From assembly GCA_963718575.1 (NCBI GenBank), contig OY970358.1, positions 98,723 through 162,722 of the forward strand: DNA of 64,000 nucleotides, read 5' to 3'. The stretch comes from an uncultured bacterium. GTDB lineage: Bacteria > Patescibacteriota > Minisyncoccia > UBA6257 > 2-01-FULL-56-20. The notes below the pieces were generated by a model. The model saw only the letters and a list, made by a program, of their open reading frames with translations. It was not told the origin of the DNA and made no database searches. Shown piece by piece: positions 38,085-50,062 of this stretch (position 1 is the first letter of the stretch; the number at the start of each line of letters is the position of its first letter). Both the position numbers and the translations under genes were made by a program.

Positions 38085-39578
38085 TTATTCGGCGACCACG
38101 TGATGTTGCGCGTTGATCGCTTCGCGTGGAACATTGATGAGCAATGCGGTAAACGATCCGACAATGACGATGATCGCAGCCACCTCGAAGACCGTGGCAT
38201 ACCCCGCCACCTGGGCCTTCAGGATAATGAGGCTCGTGAACTGCTCCATAAGTTTTATACCGGTGCCGTTCAAAACGCTTTGCCGTGCGATTGAAAATAC
38301 ATTCCCGTTGATGGAATTATCGAGCAGGGTGCTGAAAATCGCCACGCCGAACGCGCCGGAGATGTTGCGCACAAGGGCGAGGATCGCGGACGCCTCACCG
38401 ATCTCATCCTGTGGCACAACGACCGCAACGAGGTTGGTGCGTTGCGCCATGCCGAACCCAAGCGAGAACGCCATGACGCACATCGGAATGATGATATCGA
38501 GCGCCGTGGAGCGCGGGTCGATATACGAGAGCAAAAGGATCCCGAAGCCACAGAAAAACGTGCTGATGAATATAACGTAGCTCGGCTTTACCTTGCCGAT
38601 CAGGCGTCCCCCGAGCGGCGCGGCAATCATGAGGGATATGGCGAGGGGGATAAACAGATAACCGGTCTGCGTGGCATCATATCCCAAAAACGTTTCTGCA
38701 AAGATCGGGATAAGGAAGATCGCGCCGATGAGCGCCATGAAAACGATAAAATTATTAAGGAGTGTATAAACGAAGGCCGGGATCTTGAAAAATTTGAAAT
38801 CCACGATCGGTTCTGCCTGTCGCATTTCAATCTCGTAGAACAGGACGCTGAAAAGAATGGTGCCGACATAGCACGCAACGCTCGCAAGCGATGCCCATCC
38901 CCATGTCTGTCCCTGATCGAGTACGAGCGTGAGCGTGAAGAGCGCGGCGCCGAGCGAGCTCGCTCCCCACCAGTCGAACTTTGCACTGCGCACCTTTCCT
39001 ACCGATTCATCGATGAATGTGATGGCGAGAAACAGCCCGATGATGCCGAGCGGAATATTAATGAAGAACACCGCGCGCCAGTTGAAGTTATCGATGAGCG
39101 GGCCGCCGATGAGAGGTCCAAACACGGACGCCACGGCGAATGCCGCTGACCAGATGCCGAGCGCCTGTGCGCGCTCTTTCATGTCGGTGAATGTGATGGC
39201 GAGGATCGCCATCGCGGTCGGATAATCGGCAGACACCGCAAATCCTTGAATGATACGGAATACGATCATCGACGGCAGATTCCATGCAACGGCGCAAAGC
39301 GCTGAAGCGATGATAAAGCCGATAAAACCGATCAAATATATTTTCTTGCGTCCGGCGGTGTCTCCCAGTTTTCCCCAGACCGGAACGAACACCGCGTTCG
39401 CCAAAATATACGCCGTGGAGATCCACGCCGCGTCCGTTACGCTGATGCTAAAATCACCGATGATCTTAGGCAGGGCGAGATTGACCACCGTCTGGTCAAG
39501 ACGACCTAAAAAAGTTCCGAAGATGACGGTGCCGAGCACCCACCAGCGAAGATTGCTCTTGGCCCCGGTTTCCGGCAT
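38085..39578 (-). CDS. MFS DHA2 (EmrB/QacA) efflux transporter
   Basis: LDQTVVNLALP, WGKLGDTAGRK, WRAVFFINIPLG. Confidence 0.9.
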   Translation of the reverse strand: MPETGAKSNLRWWVLGTVIFGTFLGRLDQTVVNLALPKIIGDFSISVTDAAWISTAYILANAVFVPVWGKLGDTAGRKKIYLIGFIGFIIASALCAVAWNLPSMIVFRIIQGFAVSADYPTAMAILAITFTDMKERAQALGIWSAAFAVASVFGPLIGGPLIDNFNWRAVFFINIPLGIIGLFLAITFIDESVGKVRSAKFDWWGASSLGAALFTLTLVLDQGQTWGWASLASVACYVGTILFSVLFYEIEMRQAEPIVDFKFFKIPAFVYTLLNNFIVFMALIGAIFLIPIFAETFLGYDATQTGYLFIPLAISLMIAAPLGGRLIGKVKPSYVIFISTFFCGFGILLLSYIDPRSTALDIIIPMCVMAFSLGFGMAQRTNLVAVVVPQDEIGEASAILALVRNISGAFGVAIFSTLLDNSINGNVFSIARQSVLNGTGIKLMEQFTSLIILKAQVAGYATVFEVAAIIVIVGSFTALLINVPREAINAQHHVVAE

Positions 39579-39582
39579 ATCG

Positions 39583-40234
39583 CTATTGTGTATACACCCA
39601 GATGCGTGCCGACATGCCGTTCTTCAGTTGCGGATACTGCGTCGGATCGAATCGCACATACACCGCGAACTGGTTCGTCGGACGTTCGTCAGAGATATTG
39701 AACACCACGTCGCTTTGCTCCGACGTTGGTGCCACCTCATCCACGACCCCCTTGAACACCTGCGAGCCGAACGCATCGACCGTGAAGGTCGCCGGGTCAC
39801 CGACCCGGACGTTCGATAGCCCTTTGTTCTCGTCGAGATTGCCCACCACGCGAAGCTGGGTCGGGTCGATCATCGTCGCTACCGTCCCCTGACCGGTCAG
39901 CGTGTTCATATACTGGCCAATATTGTTATCCGTGGTGACGATCTCGCCGGCGGTCTGCGATTCCACAACCTCATTGCCCACGAGCGCCACCCGGCTCGTT
40001 CGCCGTCACGGTGTCCCCTGGGTTTACATAGAGCGCCTGCAACACGCCGGAATTCGTCGGCGAAAGATTGATAAGCGGCGCCTGGATCTGCGAAAGATCG
40101 ATGTACACCGTCTTCGAGGCGACGTAATAATAAATTCCCGCACCAACGCCGCCGATGATGATAAGCGCGCCGATGACCCAGACGATGATCTTCCCGCGAT
40201 TGCCGGCTGAAGCTTTTTTTTCGTTTTCAGGCAT
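39583..40234 (-). CDS. Short HlyD/EmrA-like adaptor, frameshift ~39990
   Basis: TM anchor + lipoyl-like half (VNPGDTV) and beta-barrel (VRVGDPATFTVDAF...LKNGMSA). Confidence 0.75.
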
Positions 40235-40239
40235 GGTGA

Positions 40240-41739
40240 TTAAAAGTTACTTATTGTTTCTCCGACGCTCAATCCGGAAGTGATCTCCGTTGTGCTCGCA
40301 CCCACGATTCCGATCGTCACCGGCTGTTGCATGGTGGTCTTTCCATCTGGCACAACGACGAAATAATCATTGCCATTATTGATCACAAAATTGCTCGGCA
40401 CGATGATCACGTTATCATGTTCCGCCTCTATGATATGCACATTCCCTGTCATACCATCCTTTATCTGACCGTTAGAATTCTCAAAATGGAGCGTCACGAG
40501 ATACGCCGCAGAACCATTCACCTGCGTCTCCGCCGCATCCACGGTGGTGACGGTCGCCGGGAAAGCCGTTCCCGTGCCGAACGCGTCGAGCGTCACGTCC
40601 GCGGCATCGCCGGGTCGTACGTTTGCCACGTCCTTTTCCGAAACATATGCCTGGATCTTCAAACCGCCCTCATTGATGAGCGACATCATCGGTGTGCCGG
40701 GCGAGACCACCTGGCCGACCTGCGCCGTCAGATCCTGCACGGTTCCCGAGAACGGTGCCACAAGCGATGCATTATTGAGCGCCACCTGCGCGCTTGTGAG
40801 CGCCGCCTGCGCCTGTGCCACCACCGCCTGCTGCGCCTCGATCGCCTGGGGCGTCGATCCCGCCTGCGCGAGCGATAGGACGTTCTGCGCTGCAGTGAGC
40901 GCAGATTGATCGCCGGAAACGGCACTGATGGAAGCCTCTATCTCCGCGCGGGCAGTGGCTACATCGGCTTTATATTGCGCGAGCGTGGCGGCGGGCACTG
41001 TCGTATTCGGCGTTGCTCCATTTACTGCGAGCGCAATGGTATCGATATACGATTGGATTTGCGAAAGATTGCTTGCCGCCGTTCCGGCAAGGGTCGCCGG
41101 ATCGAAACCGGTGCTCGTCGCATTCAACGCCGTATACCATGCCGTAAGTGACGCACCGATCTGTAACCATTGCCCCTGAATATTATTTACGGTTTGTGAA
41201 TCGCTGTCCGGCACAAGGAAGGTCGGATTGTTGCTTTGCGGGTTGGAAAACATATTGTCGAGCTGATTGCGCACCGCGTCGTCGGATGCACTGTACGCGT
41301 TCCCGACCGCGATGCCGAGCGACTGATCCGCGCTCGTGACGGCGCTCTCATCGATCGTGATCTGCTGAGGTCGCGTCCCGCTCGCGAGTTGATCCAATTG
41401 CGCCTGCGCGGCGGCGAGACCGGCATTCGCCTGTTGTACCGCAGCGTTCAACTGCGCAGAGTCAAGGTCGGCGAGAACCGTCCCGGCGGAAACCTGGCTC
41501 CCTTCGCTCACGTATACATGCGCGATCTGGCCGCCTTCCTGGAATGACATCATTGCGCTGTTTTCCGCGAGCACACTGCCCGGCTCATCAACCGATTCGA
41601 TCACATTCCCTTTTCCCACCGTTATAGAACCGAATGCCGGGGGCGTCGCAGTGCTGATATACCAGTACGCCGCACCGCCCGCGGCGAGCAGCACAAGAAT
41701 GCCGACTACAATGTAATTTTTTATGAAAAATGCTTTCAT
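40240..41739 (-). CDS. Efflux periplasmic adaptor subunit (MFP)
   Basis: VSEGSQV, long coiled coil, LVAPFSGTV, IKDGMTG. Confidence 0.88.
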   Translation of the reverse strand: MKAFFIKNYIVVGILVLLAAGGAAYWYISTATPPAFGSITVGKGNVIESVDEPGSVLAENSAMMSFQEGGQIAHVYVSEGSQVSAGTVLADLDSAQLNAAVQQANAGLAAAQAQLDQLASGTRPQQITIDESAVTSADQSLGIAVGNAYSASDDAVRNQLDNMFSNPQSNNPTFLVPDSDSQTVNNIQGQWLQIGASLTAWYTALNATSTGFDPATLAGTAASNLSQIQSYIDTIALAVNGATPNTTVPAATLAQYKADVATARAEIEASISAVSGDQSALTAAQNVLSLAQAGSTPQAIEAQQAVVAQAQAALTSAQVALNNASLVAPFSGTVQDLTAQVGQVVSPGTPMMSLINEGGLKIQAYVSEKDVANVRPGDAADVTLDAFGTGTAFPATVTTVDAAETQVNGSAAYLVTLHFENSNGQIKDGMTGNVHIIEAEHDNVIIVPSNFVINNGNDYFVVVPDGKTTMQQPVTIGIVGASTTEITSGLSVGETISNF

Positions 41740-41750
41740 GGGCGTTGGTA

Positions 41751-42182
41751 TTACGAGTTATTTTTTATTATTTTCCCGAGTACGGCGACAAAATGCGTTC
41801 GCTCGGAGGGAGTAAGGATGCTGAACGTCTTCTTGAGTTCGCTGATCTTTTTTGCCATTCCACGCTCGAGAAGCTGTTTTCCTTTTGCCGTCATGGTCAC
41901 CCTCACCGATCGGCGGTCGTTCTGATCCATCACTCGCGCGAGCAGTTTTGCCTTCACGAGGGTATCGATGAGCAATGTCGCCGCCGGCGGCGTCACATGA
42001 AAGTTCTTCGCCACCTCGCGCATATGGGGCTTCCCCGCATCCTTCACATACTTGAGCGTCTCGAACTCCAGCATCGTACATTGCCCGGTGCCGATATTCT
42101 TCTGCATCTTATCGCGCATAAGCCGCCCCATGATGAACATGTGCGAGACAAGATCCTCCATGGTTGCCTGTTTTTGTGCCAT
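41751..42182 (-). CDS. MarR-family regulator
   Basis: wHTH, DRRSVRVTMTAKG; heads efflux operon; TTGACG..TAAAAT promoter. Confidence 0.9.
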   Translation of the reverse strand: MAQKQATMEDLVSHMFIMGRLMRDKMQKNIGTGQCTMLEFETLKYVKDAGKPHMREVAKNFHVTPPAATLLIDTLVKAKLLARVMDQNDRRSVRVTMTAKGKQLLERGMAKKISELKKTFSILTPSERTHFVAVLGKIIKNNS

Positions 42183-42334
42183 TGATGAATACTCCCACGC
42201 TATATTTAAAAATATAACTATTAGGTTACTTAACTATTTTAACGCCGCGCGATGGACGGCGTCAACCTGTGGATAACACGGAAGCGTACTATTGAAAACC
42301 GGGCTCCCTCGACGGGACGTGAATTCCTAAGATA

Positions 42335-44260
42335 TTAATAATTTCCCTGCTTTGCCTCCCTTACCAACCCCTCGATAAGGAAATCGATGTCGATGGACGC
42401 CACGCCCACCACTTTGTCTGCGCCGCCATAGTACACAAAAAGCTGATGCCGGAGAACGACCGCGCCGCACGGGAAGACGACATTGTTCACGATCCCCTGT
42501 TTTTCGTATGCAGGAGTGGGTTCGAGCAACGGATCGTGCGTACGATACAAGATCTTTGACGGATCCTTGAGGTCGAGGAGGGCGGCCCGGACGTTATAAT
42601 GCCCCGTGCGCTTGGAAATGCCGTGATACAACAGCAGCCAGCCATACCGCGTCTCAATCGGCGGCGCCGAGATGCCGATACGCTTGGAATCCCATGCGGT
42701 GTCGCGCGGGCGCATCAGGACCTCACCGCCCAGAAATTTTCCATTTTTAAATTCAAGATCATCCACGCGATCGATCCAAATCTCGGAACCAAGCCGGTGG
42801 AGAAAGACATATTTTCCGCCGATCTTCTTTGGGAATACCGCGGCATCCTTATCATCCATATTTGGCGGCGAGATAAGGATCGGCGCGGCCCATTTCCAGC
42901 GATGGTTCGTAAAATCATCCGCCGCGATGGAAGTGAACGCCACCCGCGGCGGATCAATGCCGTCGTATGCCGTGTAGCACATATAGATCCGGTCGCCGAT
43001 ACGCGTGATGCGCGGATCCTCACAGCCGGAATTGCCGCCCGGAACTTTCTTCTGCTCGAAATCGAGGCACGGAGCGTAGACCGGGTCGGTCAGCCGCTCG
43101 GTGATGTCCACGCCATCCGGCGATGACGCGTAGCCGATGACGGATGTGTTGTCCCCCGACATCGCGCGGTAAAGGATGTGCACCTTGCCGCCTTCGTAGA
43201 TCGCGGCGGGATTGAACGTAGCCTGCGACTCCCACGCGTGTTCCGGCATCGGCGCGATGATGGGATTCCCCTCAAATCGCTGCAGTTGGCGCTTTGCGGT
43301 GAACACCAGCTGTTCCAATAAGTCGTTTTTTTTGAATGTGGCCACACATGAAGTTGTATCCGTCGCGCCGTAATAGACGTACACGTCGGTGCCGCGTATC
43401 AGCGCGCCCGACGGGAACACGATGTGCGGCACACGGCCATAGAACTCATACTCTTCCTGCGGCACGATGAACGGGCGCTTCACTTCGCCGACGATCTTTT
43501 GCGGATCATCGAGGTCCAGCAACGCCGCCTGGATGCCGAATATCGGCGGCGGCGCAAAGTAGTTATAGATATAGGAGTAAAAGATGAGCCAGCCATCTTT
43601 TGTTTTGAGCGGGGTCGAACCAACCTCGATCTGGTCCTTTTCATTCTGCTCGACGAGAAGTTCGTGGTCGCCAAAGTGCGCATACCACTCATCCCAATAT
43701 TCCTTGGACCACATCTGTTCGACGGTATCAAAAAACGCGATGGCGATCTTTGCCGGCGGCCGATCGGTGTTCACCGTAATGAGCGCAGCGATCTTTCCGC
43801 CGATGCGTTCCGGGAAAAGCGTCATCGCCTTTGCGTTGAACGGAGTCACGAGATGCTTCTCGTCGATCGCTTTGAGATCTTTCGTGATCGCGACGGCCAC
43901 TTTAATGCCGTCCGCGGAAAAATCGGAGACGGCGGTGTAAAAAATATAATAGCGCCCCTCGAAGAACGTGACGCGTGGATCCTCGCACCCGTACCGCTCC
44001 CACGGTTCGCTGGGCGCGACGAGCTGGGTATGTTCGCCGCTGAAATTGACCGGATTTTTGCCCGTCACATGGCCGATGCTCGAGATCTCAACTTCGTTTC
44101 CATTCGCGCTCGTCTTCGCGCCTGCGGCGCGGAAAAGCATATGTACGATACCCTTCCCGTCTTCCACCACCGACGGATTGAACGCAGCCACCGACTCCCA
44201 CGCCAACGACGTGTCCGGAATGAGTATCGGATTTTCGGATGATCGCTTAGCTCCGGCCAT
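42335..44260 (-). CDS. GH130-like glycosidase/phosphorylase with two tandem domains
   Basis: FNP..., GCEDPR and VFPxG...YYG motifs each twice. Confidence 0.85.
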   Translation of the reverse strand: MAGAKRSSENPILIPDTSLAWESVAAFNPSVVEDGKGIVHMLFRAAGAKTSANGNEVEISSIGHVTGKNPVNFSGEHTQLVAPSEPWERYGCEDPRVTFFEGRYYIFYTAVSDFSADGIKVAVAITKDLKAIDEKHLVTPFNAKAMTLFPERIGGKIAALITVNTDRPPAKIAIAFFDTVEQMWSKEYWDEWYAHFGDHELLVEQNEKDQIEVGSTPLKTKDGWLIFYSYIYNYFAPPPIFGIQAALLDLDDPQKIVGEVKRPFIVPQEEYEFYGRVPHIVFPSGALIRGTDVYVYYGATDTTSCVATFKKNDLLEQLVFTAKRQLQRFEGNPIIAPMPEHAWESQATFNPAAIYEGGKVHILYRAMSGDNTSVIGYASSPDGVDITERLTDPVYAPCLDFEQKKVPGGNSGCEDPRITRIGDRIYMCYTAYDGIDPPRVAFTSIAADDFTNHRWKWAAPILISPPNMDDKDAAVFPKKIGGKYVFLHRLGSEIWIDRVDDLEFKNGKFLGGEVLMRPRDTAWDSKRIGISAPPIETRYGWLLLYHGISKRTGHYNVRAALLDLKDPSKILYRTHDPLLEPTPAYEKQGIVNNVVFPCGAVVLRHQLFVYYGGADKVVGVASIDIDFLIEGLVREAKQGNY

Positions 44261-45500
44261 TGGTATGCACCGTACTCAGGTTACTTTCAGGTGCAAGTTT
44301 CGGCGTGCCGTAGGTCTTCAGTTCATACAGGAACTTTTCCACATTGGCTATCGCGACGCACGTCACCGAATCGGCACCGCCGTAGTATACATAAAGTTCG
44401 CCGTCTTTTATGATCGCACCGCAGGAATAAATGACCCCCGCTTTGAATCCCTGGTTCTCATAGCTGAAATCCGGCTCAAGGATCGGTGTGCGCGAACGAT
44501 ATACCACCTTTGTCGGATCGTTGAGGTCGAGAAGCATCGCCCCAAGCTTGTAGCGATTAGGGTCGCGAATATCCATAGCATGATACAGTAGCAGCCATCC
44601 ATCCTTTGTTTTGAGGGGCGGCGGCCCCGCTCCGCGGATCCAGCTATCCCACGCGCCGGTGTTTGAAATGCGGTTATATTTGCTCTTGATGACCGCCTCT
44701 TCTTCGTCAAAATCATCGGGGTCGTCGAAATAGTCCACCAATATGTTCGGCGAGATACTATGAAGAATGGCAAATTTCCCGTGGATCTTTTCCGGAAACA
44801 ACACCCAATTTTTATGTATCTCCCCCGGCGGCGAGATCATCGCCGGATGTTTCCACTTCCAATTCTTTTTCAAAAAATCCTCGACGCCGATCGAGGACAG
44901 CGCCATACGAATGGAACCCCAGCCGTCAAATGCAGTGTACGTGAGATAGATCGTGTCGTCGATCAGTGTCAGGCGCGGATCCTCGCAGCCGCCATTCCAT
45001 CCGCCGCCCGAAAAATATGCGGGGCTCAGCATCTTCTGATCTTCCTTTGGCGTCGTGCTCCTGATGGTGAACGGCCGGAACGCGGGTTCGTCCGATCGGT
45101 CTTTGAACGAAACGCCGTCATCGCTCGCCGCATACCCGAGCACCGAAACATCATCACCACCGATCGCGCGATATAGAAGATGCACGCGACGGTCCGCATA
45201 GACCGCACCGGGATTGAACGTGGCCTTCATCTCCCAATAATTCCCTTCGCGCGGTTCGATGATTGGATTGCTCTTATGGCGCTCAAGCTGGTGTATCTGT
45301 TTTTCAAGAACGATCGGTTTAGCGCGCCGTACGATGCGAAGCAATCGCTTCTGCCGCTCTGCACGCGAAGAAACAGTCTTTTTTGCCTTTGTGGTTGAAT
45401 TTTTCTTGATCGGTGCGGTTTTGCGCAATGATTTCCCCGTTTGAAGCCCTTGCTTTTTTTTGATCACTTTTTTTAATGGCATGCGAAGAGTGCTTTCCAA
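44247..45500 (-). CDS. GH130-like glycosidase with basic N-terminal extension
   Basis: FNPGA, GCEDPR, KNWVLF, YYGGAD. Confidence 0.85.
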   Translation of the reverse strand: MESTLRMPLKKVIKKKQGLQTGKSLRKTAPIKKNSTTKAKKTVSSRAERQKRLLRIVRRAKPIVLEKQIHQLERHKSNPIIEPREGNYWEMKATFNPGAVYADRRVHLLYRAIGGDDVSVLGYAASDDGVSFKDRSDEPAFRPFTIRSTTPKEDQKMLSPAYFSGGGWNGGCEDPRLTLIDDTIYLTYTAFDGWGSIRMALSSIGVEDFLKKNWKWKHPAMISPPGEIHKNWVLFPEKIHGKFAILHSISPNILVDYFDDPDDFDEEEAVIKSKYNRISNTGAWDSWIRGAGPPPLKTKDGWLLLYHAMDIRDPNRYKLGAMLLDLNDPTKVVYRSRTPILEPDFSYENQGFKAGVIYSCGAIIKDGELYVYYGGADSVTCVAIANVEKFLYELKTYGTPKLAPESNLSTVHTNGRS

Positions 45501-45677
45501 GATACGCCGAAGGAGCCGACGACCTGTTCGCGGCGAACCCTATTCATATTATATAACGTTCTTTCCGGCCGTCGAATTGGTGCTGTGGATAAATAGCCAT
45601 GGTCTTTTATCGAAATTTTGTTTCGCACAATCATCGCACGCGTATAATGCCGTGCTATGGGACAATATATAACAATC

Positions 45678-45719
45678 TGTTTTAAAAAATCTCCGCGCTT
45701 GCGGAGATTTTTTAAAACA
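45678..45719. terminator. Perfect 19-bp hairpin, terminator of ABC efflux operon
   Basis: TGTTTTAAAAAATCTCCGC-GCTT-GCGGAGATTTTTTAAAACA. Confidence 0.75.
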
Positions 45720-46169
45720 TTATTGCCCCGTGGCGGCACCGGCACCACCTCCCCCGCCATATCCACTGGTCGTACCGGTCCGAACCTGGATCGTCTGCCG
45801 CGGTAAGACTTCCGTCGGAATTGGTGGTCCCTGCCACCATCACATTCGTCCCACGGCAAGCGTGTTCGGAGAAACGGTCGTCGGCTCCGTCACCGGCGTC
45901 GAGCTGGCATAGAGCACCACCTCCGAATTACCGTTCGGAAGCTGGAGCGTCATGCTGCCGCTGCCGAAGGAGAGGATCTGCCCGGTCGTGAAACCGCCTC
46001 CGGTGGCTCCGCCCGCCAGTCTGCGCGTAGATGAACCAAACGCTCCCGCGCCTCCGGCAAATGCCGAACGTACGCTGCTCGCTGCGGCCGCCTTTCCCCA
46101 GAAATATCCGCCGCCCAACGCAATGAGCGCCACCACCACCCACACAATATGCACTAAATATTTTTTCAT
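45720..46169 (-). CDS. Membrane-anchored Gly-rich protein (DUF5666-like), frameshift ~45840
   Basis: N-terminal TM, Gly-rich linker, beta-rich domain. Confidence 0.55.
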
Positions 46170-46200
46170 TATATTTTTAATTTATTTTTCGACTTTTTAT

Positions 46201-47443
46201 TCATATCTCAATGCCTCGATCGGATTGAGGCCGGCAGCTCGCCGTGCTGGATAATAGCCAAAAATGATCCCGATCGCCGCCGAAACAAAGAACGCGAGCA
46301 GGATGTACGGAATGGACACGCTTGTGGCGACACCGGTGACGATGGATATCGTCAATGGCGGCAAGCCAACCCAGAATGATACCTACCAGTCCTCCGCCGA
46401 ACGTGAGCATCACGGATTCGGCAAGGAATTGGAGGGTGATGTCCTGCTTCTTCGCGCCGATCGCCTTGCGTAATCCGATCTCCCGCGTGCGCTCGGTGAC
46501 GGTCGTAAGCATCATGTTCATGATGCCGATGCCGCCGACGACGAGCGAGATCGCCGCGATCGCGGCGAGGAGCGTCGTAAACGTGCCGGTGACGCTCGAC
46601 GCGGTGGAAACGATGCTCGCCTGGTTCAGCACGGTAAAGTCGGCCTGCGTGCGGATTTGCGATATTGTGCCGCTGAAGCAGGAGCGTCGTAATGTCGTTC
46701 TGCACCTGCGTCATCGCCTGCTGGGTCGATGCCTCAACATCAACTTCCGTCAAATATGCGCTGCTTCCCAAAAGATAGTGCTGGTCGGCAGAGAGCGGCA
46801 CATAGATCATGTCATCCTGATTACTGAACCCACTCCCTCCTTTTGCAACCGTCACGCCGATCACCGTAAAAATATTCCCGTTGATCCGGATCTGCTGACC
46901 GATCGCCATATCCGGCGTCGCGCTCGCATCGACGCTCGGTGCAAAGAGGTTCTGTAATACCGTCGGACCGATGACGGCAACGAGGTTCGAATCGGTGACA
47001 TCCTGGTCGGTAAAGAAACTCCCGTCGGAGACCTGAAGATCGCGTACCTGTTCATACGCCGGCGTCGTCCCCATAATGCTCGTATTGGCGTTGTTCGCCT
47101 TATAGACCACCTGATAGCGGCCGCTGATCTCCGGCGCGACTGCTTCCACATTGTTGACCGACGCGATAGCCGTCGCATCGTCGGGGGTCAGCGTCTGTGC
47201 GCTTCCCGCCGCGGCGCGGACACCCGAGCCAAACGTCGCCTGCGCACCCGGTGTCACCATCACCAAATTTGCGCCGAGTGAATCGACGCTCGCCTGGATG
47301 GATGCCTGCGATCCCTGCCCGACGGCGACGAGCGCGATCACGGACGCGATACCGATCACAATGCCAAGCATCGTCAAACCGGACCGCACTTTATTGACGG
47401 TCACCGCGCTCTAGGTTTCCTCCAAAAGGTCACGTGTTGTCAT
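46201..47443 (-). CDS. MacB-like ABC permease (frameshifts and one in-frame TAG at 47411-13)
   Basis: [44 protein letters not shown]. Confidence 0.85.
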
Positions 47444-48173
47444 GGGGTATGTCTTTTTCGTTACGCGCGAGGCGCTTTTTATGGTTTTTCTCGTCGGTCA
47501 TAATATTGCCGTCACGGATATGGATGATGCGGTCCGCGTGCTCCGCCACGTACGGTTCGTGCGTAATGAGCACTACCGTCTTCCCTTGCGTCATATTGAG
47601 ATTCTGAAATGTGTGCAGCACGATCTCGCCGGTCTTAGAATCCAGATTTCCCGTCGGTTCGTCGGCAAGGATGAGTGCGGGGTTGTTCACGAGCGATCGC
47701 GCGATCGCCACGCGTTGCATCATACCTCCCGAGATCTGATTGGAATGATATCCCCAGAATGCCTCGGGGAACGCGGCATCGGTGAGCGCTTTTTTTGCGA
47801 TCACCTCGCGTTCTTCCTTCGGCATATTCGCGTAGATGAGCGGCAACGAAACGTTACGCAACACGCTCGTGCGCGGGAGCAGGTTGAAGGCCTGGAATAC
47901 GAATCCGATCTTTTCGCGGCGGATGTCCGCCAGCTCCTCGTCCGAAAGTTTCGAAACATCCTTGCCATCTAAAAAGTATTCTCCGCTCGTCGGCGTATCA
48001 AGTGCGCCGAGAATATGCATGAGGGTCGATTTGCCGGAGCCGGACGGCCCCATGATCGCGACGAACTCGCCTTCCTTTATGGAAAAGGTGATGCCCTTCA
48101 GGACCACCACCATGGTCTCCCCTATTCCATATGCTTTTTTAATATCCTTACATACGATGATATCCTTTTCCAT
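47430..48173 (-). CDS. MacB/LolD-like ABC ATPase
   Basis: [32 protein letters not shown]; start MEKDII. Confidence 0.9.
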   Translation of the reverse strand: MEKDIIVCKDIKKAYGIGETMVVVLKGITFSIKEGEFVAIMGPSGSGKSTLMHILGALDTPTSGEYFLDGKDVSKLSDEELADIRREKIGFVFQAFNLLPRTSVLRNVSLPLIYANMPKEEREVIAKKALTDAAFPEAFWGYHSNQISGGMMQRVAIARSLVNNPALILADEPTGNLDSKTGEIVLHTFQNLNMTQGKTVVLITHEPYVAEHADRIIHIRDGNIMTDEKNHKKRLARNEKDIPHDNT

Positions 48174-48186
48174 GCGGTGATTGTTG

Positions 48187-50048
48187 TTATCCCCCCGCCC
48201 CAACGCGCGTGAAACCGCCGCCTCCGCCGACCCTTGCGCCCGCGCCTCCGCCAAGAAGCTGAAGTGCGCTCGTACCACCGGTTGTTGCCGTTTTTGTAGC
48301 AGTCGTTGATTTTATCGTCTGCACGATGATCTGATCGCCGACGTTCACGCCGGAATCGATCTCCGTCATGGTGTCGTTCGCAAGGCCGATGGTGACCGGG
48401 ACCTGCTTGGTTGCGGGAAGGACGATCCCGCCGTTCGCACTCGATGCGAGATCCGCCGCAGAGACCGGGGTCGACGGCTCAAGAATGTACGAACCACTCC
48501 CCGCAGTCACCACCGCCGCGTTCGGCACGGCGATCACATTCTGATCCACTTGCGTCACAATATTTGCCGTCACGCTCATGCCTGATTTGACCTGATTCGT
48601 GCTTGAGGTGTCCGCAGGCTGGGAAAAACCGATCTGCACATTATAGCTCACGACCCCCTGACTGACCGTTCCCACCGGGCTGATCTGCACGACCGTCCCC
48701 GCAAGGGAAAGGCTGGGAAGCGCGTCAAAGGTAAGCGTCGCCGGATCGCCGAGCGCGACTTTCGCCGCGTCGATCTCGTTCAACGTCACCGCCGCGACCT
48801 GGCCGTCGCCGACGATCGTCACCGCGTTGGAGCCCGGCGTCTCGCCGACGGTGGCGGTGATCGCGGAAACGACCCCCGAGATCGGCGCCGTCACGGATGT
48901 GTACGCAAGATTTTGCTGAGCGGTCGTCAGATTATTTTGTGCAGTTTGGACACTGATCTGCTGGCCGAGCAATGTGGTGGCCGTGGGTCCGGCAAGCGTC
49001 TCGGCAAGGGTCTCGCTTGCCTGCTCCAGAGAAGTTCTGGGAGTTCACGATGTTATTCTTATCACTCGCAATCTGGGTGATGGTGCTCTGGATGCCTGAC
49101 AGCCTGACTGGTCATTGTGGTCGTATAAGTGGAGAAATTCGATTTGCAAGCGTGGTGGTAATCGCAGGGAGAGGCTGAGTGTTATCTCCGCCAGATGGAT
49201 AATTTGTCACGATATAGTTGAAGAAGTCTTTTCCCGCCTTTACGGTTGCACTGATCGTCTCTGCGGTATTGTATGTTTCAGTAAATAACGCATCCAATGT
49301 TTGCGGGACTTGAAGTTGCGCTTGCCGCATGATAATCAGCAAGGTTCTGTTGATATTGCGGCCGTAGCGCATGACGTATTCCGCCTGTAAGTTAGTGTCA
49401 TAGGGAAGCACCCCCGCCCGAAGATAGTCCGGCATAAGACTGACAAATGCATCAGGATCATTTTGGGATTTATTGATATCGTTACCTTCCACAAAATCCT
49501 GCAATCCCACCATCACGGTCTGTAAGTTCACAAACGTCGGACCTAAATTATTGAAACCGCCTGATAATCGTTTATGAGCGAGGTGGAGGCATTCGCCGCT
49601 GACTGCTCCCCTGTCGTAACGGCGGCCTCTTGCTGTAACAGCGTCGTGGTCGCAACCTGATCGGTCTCCTGCGGCGGAAAGCTGTGCCTGCTCAAGCGCA
49701 AGCTGGGCTTGCGCAAGCGCCTGCTGTCTCGTTCGTCGGATCAAGCTGAACAAGCAACTGCCCCGCATTCACGTGCTCGCCGACGGTCACCGGGATGGAG
49801 GTGACCGTCTCGGAAACCTTCGGGGTCACGTCGATCGTGGTACCCGCCTGCACCTGGCCGGTGGCGGAAACGGAGGAGACGATCGTTCCATCGGTCGCGT
49901 CCTCCACGACATATTTCGTGACGGCCGTGCGCCGTATTCGCAGCCGCTATACCAATAATACCCGCCGCCCACAAACAACGATCACAACGATGCCCGTGAT
50001 AATCTTATGCGCCCGCATTTTTTTTATGAAATTGCCGAACATGTTCAT
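48187..50048 (-). CDS. MacA-like periplasmic adaptor, multiply frameshifted
   Basis: Fragments VSATGQVQ...VTVGEHV, VTAPISGVV, VKSGMSVTANI. Confidence 0.75.
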
Positions 50049-50062
50049 GAAAATATAATAGG

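Noticed and set aside
47411-47413. In-frame TAG suggesting stop-codon recoding
   Set aside because: Single case in an error-rich region; TAG ends other genes normally (hsdR, pilin)
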